NCBI GenBank assembly: GCA_023267635.1
Contig: JAHFMX010000002.1
Span: 21,307-85,306 of the forward strand
Length of the DNA stretch: 64,000 nt
Origin: a bacterium
GTDB taxonomy: Bacteria > Patescibacteriota > Minisyncoccia > Phycocordibacterales > UBA5272
Direction of reading: 5' to 3'
Made by a program: the position numbers and the translations under genes. The notes under the pieces were generated by a model. The model was not told where the DNA came from and did no database searches. It saw only the letters and a program-made list of their open reading frames with translations. Below are positions 29,824 through 38,784 of the stretch, piece after piece (positions within the stretch are counted from its first letter, which is position 1; the number at the start of each line of letters is the position of its first letter).

Positions 29824-29911
29824 ACTTATATTATTCCATGGGTGGTGTATAATGTCAAACGATTGTTGATAGTAACTTGCTTTTCTAATTACACTTTACT
29901 ATAATAGTAAA

Positions 29912-30550
29912 ATGCATTTAATTCAAAAACAACTAATAGACCTAATAGCGACTAATCCAAATTTCGGAAAGCTAAGCTTAAGATCAATAGCGAAAGAAGT
30001 AGGTGCTGAAGGCAAGCCACAGACCGCTAAGTACCATTTACAAGAACTGGAAAAAGCTGGGTTTATTCAAATGAATCTAAAAGAAGGAATAATTAAACTA
30101 GTTAAAAAAGGTACAAATATATCTAGTAAAAGCCCTATCTTTTCAATACCAGTAGTAGGGTCTGCTAATTGTGGTTTACCAACAATATTTGCTGAACAGA
30201 ATATAGAAAACTTTTTAAAAGTTTCTTCCAGTATGTTACCAAAAAAGAAAAGTGGCTTATTTGCACTAATTGCAGACGGCGACAGTATGAATATGTGTAA
30301 CATAAACGGTAAGAGTATAGAAAGTGGAGATTTTGTACTAGTAGATAGTGAAGATAGGGTTTACAAAGATAAAGACATTGTAGTAGCTGTCGTTGATGGT
30401 TTAGCAACAATAAAAGAGCTTCATAGAGACCTAAAGAACAACAGAATAGTCTTAAAAGCTCTTTCAACTAAAAAGTATCTACCTATTTATCTAGGTGAGG
30501 ATGATGATTTTATCATAAATGGTAAAGTCGTGGGTATTATTAAAAGTTAA
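29912..30550 (+). CDS. LexA/S24 family repressor-peptidase
   Basis: N-terminal wHTH, ANCG cleavage site, GDSM Ser, ATIK Lys. Confidence 0.85.
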   Translation: MHLIQKQLIDLIATNPNFGKLSLRSIAKEVGAEGKPQTAKYHLQELEKAGFIQMNLKEGIIKLVKKGTNISSKSPIFSIPVVGSANCGLPTIFAEQNIENFLKVSSSMLPKKKSGLFALIADGDSMNMCNINGKSIESGDFVLVDSEDRVYKDKDIVVAVVDGLATIKELHRDLKNNRIVLKALSTKKYLPIYLGEDDDFIINGKVVGIIKS

Positions 30551-30566
30551 TTAAATAAAAAATATT

Positions 30567-30977
30567 ATGTCACATCCAAGAGTATTTATAAGTTTCGATT
30601 TTGATCACAATGAAACAGATAAGTATCTGTTTGCAGGTCAAGCAAAAAATTCAAAAACACCATTTAATATTGAAGACTGGTCTTCAAAATCTCACCTTCC
30701 ACAAAATCAATGGGAGAAGTTAATCGAAGATAAAATCAACAGATCAAATATGGTTGTTGTTCTCGTGGGCAAAAGTATGGGGTCAGCTGGCGGAGTAGTA
30801 AAAGAAATTGCTTTTGCTAACAAAAATAATGTTCCAGTTTTTGGTGTGTATGTTGATGGAGCAAACACCAATAGCACTTTGCCAACAGGACTAGCAAGAA
30901 ACCGAGTAATCAGTTGGGATTGGGTAAAAATTGCAAGTGCTATTGATCAATTAATGAATGAAGGTAAAAACAAATAA
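30567..30977 (+). CDS. TIR-domain protein (Thoeris ThsB/MTH538-like)
   Basis: RVFISFDFD, DWS, VVVLVG, VVKEI catalytic Glu. Confidence 0.85.
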   Translation: MSHPRVFISFDFDHNETDKYLFAGQAKNSKTPFNIEDWSSKSHLPQNQWEKLIEDKINRSNMVVVLVGKSMGSAGGVVKEIAFANKNNVPVFGVYVDGANTNSTLPTGLARNRVISWDWVKIASAIDQLMNEGKNK

Positions 30978-30979
30978 CC

Positions 30980-31921
30980 ATGAGAAAAGCACTTGTAGTC
31001 GGTATAAATAACTATACGACAGCACCTCTCAAAGGTTGTATTAACGATGCATCAGCATTTGCTACCACAATAGAGAAAAATGGTGATGGGTCTCCAAATT
31101 TTGCAGTAAGACTAGAAACTAATATTTCTACAAAATCAGAATTGAAAACAATGATTAAAGAGTTGTTTGAGGGAGATAGTGATATTGCGTTGCTATATTT
31201 TTCTGGTCATGGTTTTGTAAATGAGATTGGTGGCTACATTGTTACACCTGACCATCAACGAAACGATGAGGGTGTTTCAATGGACGAAATTCTTGTATTA
31301 GCAAATAAATCAAAAGCAAAAGATAAAGTTATTATACTTGATTGTTGTAATTCTGGTGCGTTTGGATCACCAGCAATCACAGGTAGTAATTCTGCACAAA
31401 TAATTGAAGGTGTTGTTATTTTAACAGCAAGTAGACCAGATGAAAGCGCTATAGAGATTAATGGACATGGTATGTTCACAAATCTACTCATTGATGCATT
31501 ACAAGGGGGTGCGGCAGACCTTCGTGGTCATATAACTCCAGGCAGTGTATATGCTTACATAGACCAAGCTTTAGGGGCATGGGATCAGCGACCAGTATTT
31601 AAAACAAATGTTACAAGGTTTACATCTTTGCGAACAATCAATCCACAAGTTTCAGTTGAAGTATTGAGAAAAATTACTGAATATTTTACTACTCCAGAAC
31701 AAGAATACAAGCTTGATCCAACCTATGAGTTTGATAACAAAGATATTGCAGTTCCAGAGAAAGTTGCAATATTAAAGAACTTACAAAAACTAGTCAGCAT
31801 AGGATTAGTTGTTCCTGTTGGTGAAGAGCATATGTATTATGCTGCACAGAATTCAAAAAGCTGTAAATTAACTGCTCTTGGTTACCATTATTGGAGACTG
31901 GTAAAAGAGAGTAAGATATAA
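30980..31921 (+). CDS. Caspase-like protease (peptidase C14) with C-terminal extension
   Basis: KALVVGINNY, LKGCINDA, YFSGHG, ILDCC.SG His-Cys dyad. Confidence 0.9.
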   Translation: MRKALVVGINNYTTAPLKGCINDASAFATTIEKNGDGSPNFAVRLETNISTKSELKTMIKELFEGDSDIALLYFSGHGFVNEIGGYIVTPDHQRNDEGVSMDEILVLANKSKAKDKVIILDCCNSGAFGSPAITGSNSAQIIEGVVILTASRPDESAIEINGHGMFTNLLIDALQGGAADLRGHITPGSVYAYIDQALGAWDQRPVFKTNVTRFTSLRTINPQVSVEVLRKITEYFTTPEQEYKLDPTYEFDNKDIAVPEKVAILKNLQKLVSIGLVVPVGEEHMYYAAQNSKSCKLTALGYHYWRLVKESKI

Positions 31922-31927
31922 CTTAAC

Positions 31928-32158
31928 ATGTTCGACGATAGAAGAAACAATGGAATATTAGGATTCGTTGAGTCCATGTTTAATTTTATTGGATGGCTTT
32001 TGTATATCTTGATTTGGGTTCCAATTAGTTGGATTTTTAGTTTACTTGGTCATTTTATTAAAGATGTGGCAACTGGTGTTTACGGAAAAATCGTTCAATT
32101 GACAGTAGTTTTTGTCTTCGGTTTGTTGGTTTACTTCTTCCAAACACATCTTAAATAG
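31928..32158 (+). CDS. Small membrane protein
   Basis: Two hydrophobic segments, 6 bp after caspase. Confidence 0.55.
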   Translation: MFDDRRNNGILGFVESMFNFIGWLLYILIWVPISWIFSLLGHFIKDVATGVYGKIVQLTVVFVFGLLVYFFQTHLK

Positions 32159-32306
32159 TTACAGTGAGGTGTAATTTTATAAGTCGAGGATGTGTCACTT
32201 TTGTCACTTTTTAATAGACGCACGAGAAGGGTTAAAATGACATACTAAAAATTACTAGAAAAGCTTTGTGGGGTAACGACCCTGCAAGGTTCTATCACGA
32301 GAACCC

Positions 32307-32355
32307 TCACAATATGAGAAAACCAGCCCCAAAGGCTGGTTTTCTCATATTGTGA
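32307..32355. repeat. 22-bp perfect inverted repeat
   Basis: TCACAATATGAGAAAACCAGCC-ccaaa-GGCTGGTTTTCTCATATTGTGA. Confidence 0.85.
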
Positions 32356-32389
32356 CCCGTAGGCGAATCAGCAGATTCGTGGCTTGGCC

Positions 32390-32436
32390 CTCCCGACTTT
32401 TTTAAACTGTATTCAGTTTGTTAAAAGTCGCAGTCC
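32390..32436 (+). repeat. 47-bp hairpin element CTCCCGAC...GCAGTCC (second copy inverted at 55036-55082)
   Basis: 38/47 identity with compensatory stem changes. Confidence 0.75.
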
Positions 32437-32546
32437 CTTTAGGGAGTCACCTATCCTGCACGGGTGGTTTTTATATTGATTTGTCTCCCGAAAAAGAATA
32501 GGCTATATAGGAGATCAGTTCCTAACAATCAACTTGGAGAAATACC

Positions 32547-33101
32547 ATGAAAACCATACTGACGGCTATTCTTTTTGCTTCCCTCCACACGGGCGCAATG
32601 AGCCAAATCCTGTACACCGTGACAGACGTTTTGGATATAAAAAGAAGTCGACTGGAAATTTGGACCGCAGAAAAGCCAAAAGACGAGAATTCTCTCTATG
32701 AAGTCGTTAAAGAAGATCCTGCAAAAAAAGAGCTCTTTGAAAAACACATCCAGAGAAACTGGTTCAGAGAAATCCACCAAGCGGGTCAATCAACCTACTT
32801 CAGAGAAAGGCTCACTCTCCACCCAACCCAGATGGAGAACGGTGAGCGGAGCTACGGGTACATTGAAGAGCGTGACAGTAAAACTGACCTCGTGGTCAAT
32901 AGCTTTCCTCTCTTTTATACCCTGGTGACATTGAACGACTGGCGACGGGCGACATTCAAGATATATCTCCCTGACGGAATCGAGGAGGTTGTGACTAGGG
33001 ATTTTTACAGGAGAACCTACTCGTTCCCTTTTTACGAAAGTCGCATTGTTAGTCAATATGGTGTAGTCCAAAGCCATCTGATTTACAAACGTGAAAATTA
33101 A
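32547..33101 (+). CDS. Secreted hypothetical protein
   Basis: GGAG SD, signal peptide MKTILTAILFASLHTGAMS. Confidence 0.65.
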   Translation: MKTILTAILFASLHTGAMSQILYTVTDVLDIKRSRLEIWTAEKPKDENSLYEVVKEDPAKKELFEKHIQRNWFREIHQAGQSTYFRERLTLHPTQMENGERSYGYIEERDSKTDLVVNSFPLFYTLVTLNDWRRATFKIYLPDGIEEVVTRDFYRRTYSFPFYESRIVSQYGVVQSHLIYKREN

Positions 33102-33177
33102 CGCACAAACTACGCCAACAAAAGCGCCCCTTTCACGAGGGGTGCTTTATCATATAAACATGTTAGGATACATACAT

Positions 33178-33357
33178 ATGATTACTTCAGCTACCCCTTT
33201 CAGTAGAAAATGTCTCTTCTGTAAAATCGATTTAAACACTCGAAGTGGTTTTGAAACACGTGAGGATAAGGACACAATAAAGTATTGCAGTAGTAAGTGC
33301 CGAAAAGCTGATATTAGAAACTCTGGTAAGATGCAGCGTTCAAAGGCAAAGAGATAA
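33178..33357 (+). CDS. Small zinc-binding protein (DUF2256-like)
   Basis: CLFCK...IKYCSSKCR. Confidence 0.55.
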   Translation: MITSATPFSRKCLFCKIDLNTRSGFETREDKDTIKYCSSKCRKADIRNSGKMQRSKAKR

Positions 33358-33375
33358 TCCTTCTCAACCAAAATC

Positions 33376-33500
33376 CCTAAAGCCTTAGGTGAAGTAAGAT
33401 ACGAGGCGTGAGAAATTTTTATGACTAAGATGTACGAATAGTACTTCGCAGGAAGAAAAATTTTTTACAACAAAGTAGGTTACTCACCTAAGGCTTTAGG
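33376..33500. repeat. MITE-like element with 17-bp terminal inverted repeats overlapping murF stop
   Basis: CCTAAAGCCTTAGGTGA ... TCACCTAAGGCTTTAGG. Confidence 0.6.
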
Positions 33501-34771
33501 AGCCATTGCTTCTCCTGACGAACAAGAACCTTTCGCGGATCATGCGTCTCAGCTAAAATCATCTTCACTGCGTATTCCATACGAACACTTTGAGATCCCT
33601 TCACATAGACCACGTCCCCTTCTTTTAGAACTTGTACCAGTTCTTTCCCTGCATCAACTGATGTATCACACTGCATAATGTTTTCATCGAGCATTTTTCC
33701 ATCGAGTGCCCCTTCTGCTATGGTTCGCGCGCGAATACCAACCGTGTACAGCTTGTGTGCAGATTTTGCCGCCTCAAGACCAATTTTATAATGCTCATCC
33801 CGTGTGAACTCACCAAGTTCAAGCATGTCTCCAAGTACAGCAATCTTTCTACCCTTAGTATCAATCTCTCCGAGTGTTGCAAGTCCATGTTCCGCCGCCT
33901 TAGGAGAAGCGTTGTACGAGTCATCGATAATAATTGATCCGTTCATTCCTTGTAGAATTCGCATACGTCCTTTTGGCTTATCTCCATCACGAAGTGCGGC
34001 ACACGCTATCTCAAGCGATACACCAAGCTCACGAGCAACGGCGAGAGCTGGAAGCGCAGAATACACAGAAGATTTACCAACCACTTCTGGAAGTACAAGG
34101 TGGTGAGATGTTCCATCAATCATCACATCGGTTTCTGTTCCATCAAGTGGAGTACCGTACATACGAACATTGTTTGCTTTAATATCAGCCTGTTCATGAA
34201 TACCTACTCCCACCTTTCGAGCCTCTGTCTTGGTAAGCAGTGTTGCTGCGTCGTGATCGTCTGCGTTGTAAATAAAAAGACCAGACTCTTTAAGTGCAGA
34301 TACAAGGTGTGCTTTTTCAGCAACTACAGCATCGCGGTCTTTGAAAAATTCAATATGTACTGGTACCTGTCCGAACTGAGTAACAACCGTGATGTCAGGT
34401 GTTAGCCAACTTGTAATTGCTTTAATATCCCCTGGTCTGTCTGCACCAATTTCAAGAATTAAGTGTGTTGGGTATTGTTTATTAAACGGAACAAGTAATC
34501 CACGTCCCAAAATCCCGGCCCAGCGTGCAGGACTACTCCATCCTGACTTCTCTCCTAAGATAGTAAGAGGTACTCCAAATTCACTATTTAAACTTTTCTC
34601 ACTACGGCGTACATGGAAACTATCTTTCATCACCGCGTAGATGGCGTCTTTGGTTGAAGTCTTTCCAAGGTTTCCTGTCACTCCGATAATAAACGGTTTC
34701 TGGCGGGCGAGGATAAGCTTTGCCTCCCATGTAAGAAGTTTAATAATGAGAGGTTTAAAGAGGTCTTTCAT
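33488..34771 (-). CDS. murF: UDP-N-acetylmuramoyl-tripeptide--D-Ala-D-Ala ligase
   Basis: GVTGNLGKTSTK, IIDDSYNASP, VLGDMLELG, VKGSQ. Confidence 0.92.
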   Translation of the reverse strand: MKDLFKPLIIKLLTWEAKLILARQKPFIIGVTGNLGKTSTKDAIYAVMKDSFHVRRSEKSLNSEFGVPLTILGEKSGWSSPARWAGILGRGLLVPFNKQYPTHLILEIGADRPGDIKAITSWLTPDITVVTQFGQVPVHIEFFKDRDAVVAEKAHLVSALKESGLFIYNADDHDAATLLTKTEARKVGVGIHEQADIKANNVRMYGTPLDGTETDVMIDGTSHHLVLPEVVGKSSVYSALPALAVARELGVSLEIACAALRDGDKPKGRMRILQGMNGSIIIDDSYNASPKAAEHGLATLGEIDTKGRKIAVLGDMLELGEFTRDEHYKIGLEAAKSAHKLYTVGIRARTIAEGALDGKMLDENIMQCDTSVDAGKELVQVLKEGDVVYVKGSQSVRMEYAVKMILAETHDPRKVLVRQEKQWLLKP

Positions 34772-34881
34772 GAGGGCGAATGAAGTTTTTGACGTTAGGT
34801 CAGTTAAATTAGTACCTACTAAGAATCTGTTTATTATAACATGAGAGCGACACCGTAGGTGTCGCTCTCATGTATCTCCTA

Positions 34882-37437
34882 TTACTTTGCAGCCATCAAC
34901 TGCTGATGCTCTTCTGTGTTTATTTCTCCACACTTCTTCCACTTCTTTCCTGATCCACATGGACATTCATCATTACGTCCAATCTTTTCTTTTGTAGTAC
35001 TTGCCTCCGCTCCTCCTTGATTAGGAATAACTGGTACAAAGTTCTGAGCGGCAGCAGCTTGTGCTTGCTGTTGCGCAAAAAATCCATCTAGGTTTTCTAT
35101 AAACAAAACAAGTTCACCGCGAAGTGTTGCTTCGAGATTCTTGAATGCTCGAAGACCTTCTTTCTTGTATTCAACAAGTGGATCTCGTTGTCCGTATGCA
35201 CGAAGGTTCACTGAACTACGAAGATGTTCCATAGAATCCAAATGTTCCATCCACAATGTGTCAATAATCTGGAGCATCATAACACGCACGATGTGGTGCA
35301 CAGCTTCTTTCGAATACTTTTCTTCCTTAGCTTTAATAGTGTCAGCAAGTTCTGGTTTCTCCGCAACAAGTTCTGCAAAAATTTCTTCAACAATTCCTTC
35401 ATCTCCGTAGAGAATCTTGCGACGCTTACTGTAAATACTTGTACGCTGGTGATTCAAAACATCGTCATACTGAAGTGTGTGCTTTCGAGTATCGAAGTGG
35501 AATCCTTCGATCTTTTCCTGAGCCCCTTCAAGCGCACGAGATACAAGCTTTGAAGCAACTGGTTCATCTTCTGGAATACCGAAGCGTCCCATCATGTTTT
35601 TAATGTTTGATGAACCGAACACACGCATCAAATCATCTTCAAGTGACACGAAGAACTGTGTTTCTCCAACATCCCCCTGACGTCCTGAACGACCACGGAG
35701 CTGATTATCGATACGACGAGCTTCATGACGTTCTGTACCAATAACATACAAACCTCCATATGAAAGTACATCTTCTCGTTCTGATTCTGTAGCTGAAGGA
35801 CCACCTAACTTAATGTCCACTCCACGACCCGCCATGTTTGTAGCAATAGTTACGGCACCTTTCTTTCCAGCCTCTGCAACAATTTCTCCTTCCTTCTCAT
35901 GATTCTTCGCATTAAGAACAGCATGTGGCACACCAGCACGTTTAAGGTATTCTGAAATCTCTTCGTTCTTTTCAATTGAAATAGTACCAATAAGAACTGG
36001 TTGTCCTTTCTCATTAAGTTCCTTCACCTTTTTAGTAAGTGCTTGCCACTTACCCTTTTCTGTTTGGAAAATATAATCCTCATGATCCTTACGTCTAATT
36101 TCGTTGTGTGTTGGAACAGGTGTTACAACAAGACCATACACTTTATAGAATTCTTCCTTTGATGTTTCTGCAGTTCCTGTCATTCCAGCAAGCTTTTCAT
36201 AGAAGCGGAAGTAGTTCTGGAATGTGATAGACGCAAGTGTGCGTGACTCTTGCTCAATCTTTACTCCTTCTTTTGCTTCTACTGCCTGATGAAGCCCGTC
36301 TGACCAACGACGTCCTGGTTGCATGCGACCCGTAAATTCATCCACAATCACAACCGCACCATCACGTACCACGTATTCACGTTCACGAATAAAGAGTGCT
36401 TTTGCTTTAACAGCAGTTTCCAAATGATGCACCTGCTTTACTCCTTCTAGAGAATAGATGTTTGCTATACCGAGCGCACTTTCTGCTTTTGTAATACCAG
36501 CTTCTGTGAGAGAAATAGCTCGCTGCTTTTCATCTACTGTATAATCGTCCCCTTCAATAAGGTCGTTAGCAATGTGTGAAAACTTTTTATATAAATCACT
36601 TGATTCCTGCGCTGGTGCAGAAATAATAAGCGGAGTACGTGCTTCATCAATAAGGATTGAGTCGATTTCATCCACAATCGCATAGTGATGAGTATGCTGT
36701 GCAATAGCTTCTTTACTGTATCCGATGTTGTCGCGAAGATAATCGAATCCAAACTCGTTGTTTGTTCCATAGGTAATGTCTGCTAAGTACGCTTCCTGAC
36801 GATTACAGGTCTTAAGGAAATCATATACAACTTTGTACGACCCAACTTCATCACGAATAGCGTCTTCTTCTGTTTGAACTTTAGCACTTGAATCATACAT
36901 GAATGATGTCTGGTGGTTGATGACCGAAACAGAAAGACCGAGCGCATCATATACCTGACCCATCCATACTGCATCACGACGTGAAAGATAATCATTCACG
37001 GTAACAATGTGCACACCTCGTCCAGTGAGCGCATTCAAATACGCAGGGAGTGTCGCAACAAGTGTTTTACCTTCTCCTGTTCTCATTTCTGCAATATGTC
37101 CACGGTGAAGAAGCATTCCTCCAATAACCTGTACACGGTAGTGCATCATATGAAGTGTACGACGAGCACTTTCACGCACAAGAGCAAATGCTTCTGGAAG
37201 AACTTCATCAAGTACTTTCTTTTCAACACGCTTTAGTTCATCTCCTTTGAGACCCTCAAGCTCTTTCATAACGCGGGCTTTAAGGGCAAGACCTCTATTC
37301 TTAAGAAGCTCATCAGTGAGTCCTTTTAATTCTTCCTCATATGAAAATACCTTGTCAGCAACAGGTTGGAGAGATTTTATAAGCTTTTTTGACTCGTCTG
37401 GGAAAATAGACGCAATTCCTTTAGAAAATAGAGACAT
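34882..37437 (-). CDS. secA: Preprotein translocase SecA
   Basis: MRTGEGKT, DEIDSILIDEARTPLIIS, TNMAGRG, C-terminal CPCGSGKK. Confidence 0.98.
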   Translation of the reverse strand: MSLFSKGIASIFPDESKKLIKSLQPVADKVFSYEEELKGLTDELLKNRGLALKARVMKELEGLKGDELKRVEKKVLDEVLPEAFALVRESARRTLHMMHYRVQVIGGMLLHRGHIAEMRTGEGKTLVATLPAYLNALTGRGVHIVTVNDYLSRRDAVWMGQVYDALGLSVSVINHQTSFMYDSSAKVQTEEDAIRDEVGSYKVVYDFLKTCNRQEAYLADITYGTNNEFGFDYLRDNIGYSKEAIAQHTHHYAIVDEIDSILIDEARTPLIISAPAQESSDLYKKFSHIANDLIEGDDYTVDEKQRAISLTEAGITKAESALGIANIYSLEGVKQVHHLETAVKAKALFIREREYVVRDGAVVIVDEFTGRMQPGRRWSDGLHQAVEAKEGVKIEQESRTLASITFQNYFRFYEKLAGMTGTAETSKEEFYKVYGLVVTPVPTHNEIRRKDHEDYIFQTEKGKWQALTKKVKELNEKGQPVLIGTISIEKNEEISEYLKRAGVPHAVLNAKNHEKEGEIVAEAGKKGAVTIATNMAGRGVDIKLGGPSATESEREDVLSYGGLYVIGTERHEARRIDNQLRGRSGRQGDVGETQFFVSLEDDLMRVFGSSNIKNMMGRFGIPEDEPVASKLVSRALEGAQEKIEGFHFDTRKHTLQYDDVLNHQRTSIYSKRRKILYGDEGIVEEIFAELVAEKPELADTIKAKEEKYSKEAVHHIVRVMMLQIIDTLWMEHLDSMEHLRSSVNLRAYGQRDPLVEYKKEGLRAFKNLEATLRGELVLFIENLDGFFAQQQAQAAAAQNFVPVIPNQGGAEASTTKEKIGRNDECPCGSGKKWKKCGEINTEEHQQLMAAK

Positions 37438-37661
37438 AAGGGTTACATTATAGCATATTTAGAGGTATTTTACCTCGTTTGTATTGATGTTTTTATTTAG
37501 ATGTTTCAGGTGCGCGACGCGGATCTAGGAGCGAAGAGCGACGAAGAGTCCCGTAGCTAGTAAGCGAAGGAACATTTGACTTCACCTTACAAAGCAAGTG
37601 GACATATAAACAAAAAAGCACCCGTGGGAGTGGGTGCTTTTTTGAAAATCGCAAGCGATGA

Positions 37662-37784
37662 CTATGCACGCTTTGCTGACTTCTTTGCTGACTTCTTCTT
37701 TGCAACTTTCTTAGTAGCCTTCTTTGCTGCCTTCTTGACTGCCTTCTTTGCTACTTTCTTTGCTGCTTTCTTCTTTGCTGCCAT
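37662..37784 (-). CDS. 40-aa Lys/Ala-rich histone H1-like protein
   Basis: MAAKKKAAKKVAKKAVKKAAKKATKKVAKKKSAKKSAKRA. Confidence 0.75.
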   Translation of the reverse strand: MAAKKKAAKKVAKKAVKKAAKKATKKVAKKKSAKKSAKRA

Positions 37785-38113
37785 AAAATTATTTTTATTA
37801 TACAAATAAGAGAGTGTTTTGTAATTTGTTTTTATGATCACGACCATGATCACTACTCTCTTATATAAGTATGACACTCATACAACTACACACAAGATAA
37901 AAAATAGTTTTATGTGTGGATAACTCAAATTATTTTTTTAGTAAAAAAAATTTAAAATAATTTTTAAAAATAAAAAGAAAATACTTGTATGTGTATACAT
38001 GCAAATGCGAAGATATTGCAAAATAAATACACGAACTACTATCTACATAAAGCGCTTATGTACCAATACAAAAGCGATGCTTATCGCATCGCTTTTGTAT
38101 TGGTACGTTTTTA

Positions 38114-38698
38114 TTATTTAGTTTTCTTCTCTGCTTCTTCTGTTTCGCTAACTCCTTTAGCGCCGTAAGAATGTTTTTTAGCAACACATCTACATCCGTA
38201 CGGTGAAATGTATTCTTTCACAAATTCTTCTCCATAATCATACACAATCTCATCTCCTTCTTTAATATTTTTAATTGCTGATATAAATACTCTTCCTTTT
38301 TTGATATCACTTTCAGCGTTTGCGGCTTCTTCACATGCGTGATTACAATAGCGAGCAATGTTCCATCGCACCTGTCCGTTGATTGTCTTGTTACGATTGA
38401 TCTCGAAAAGATACTGATTAGTTGTAATCTTGTCTGACTCCTCTTTATTTAAAATAATTCCAATGTACTCAATAATCAACTCCCCTTTCTTGATATTCTC
38501 TCCTGCGAAGAGCCCTAATCCTGCAAGCCCTCTTTTAACCTTAACCACTTTAAAGTGATGATCTGGTAAATTCTTAGTATTTGGTGATACTTTTTCAATC
38601 ACCTTCTTCTTTGATACAGATGCTTTCTTTAAAATCTTTGACTGTTTGTCTAACTTCTTTCCAACTGCTTTCGTGGCCGTCTTGCTTTTCTTTGTCAT
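38114..38698 (-). CDS. SET-domain protein-lysine methyltransferase
   Basis: GLGLFA, IIEYIG, ARYCNHAC, EIVYDYG, post-SET CRC; Lys-rich N-terminus. Confidence 0.9.
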   Translation of the reverse strand: MTKKSKTATKAVGKKLDKQSKILKKASVSKKKVIEKVSPNTKNLPDHHFKVVKVKRGLAGLGLFAGENIKKGELIIEYIGIILNKEESDKITTNQYLFEINRNKTINGQVRWNIARYCNHACEEAANAESDIKKGRVFISAIKNIKEGDEIVYDYGEEFVKEYISPYGCRCVAKKHSYGAKGVSETEEAEKKTK

Positions 38699-38784
38699 AA
38701 TGCATGAAAGCATACTATATATAGACACCACACAGCAAGAAAACAGGGGTAAAAATTATAAAAAAATGATAGGATACATAGTAT

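Larger units (their letters stand above)
24622..32232. mobile_element. Capsid-less integrative element core (recombinase, terminase, HTH, ParB-MTase, LexA-like, defence cargo); may extend left to about 17281
   Basis: Gene content, AT-rich composition, 13-bp direct repeat at 17281/32220. Confidence 0.6.

Noticed and set aside
24622-32158. Complete prophage
   Set aside because: No portal, capsid, tail, replication or lysis genes visible.
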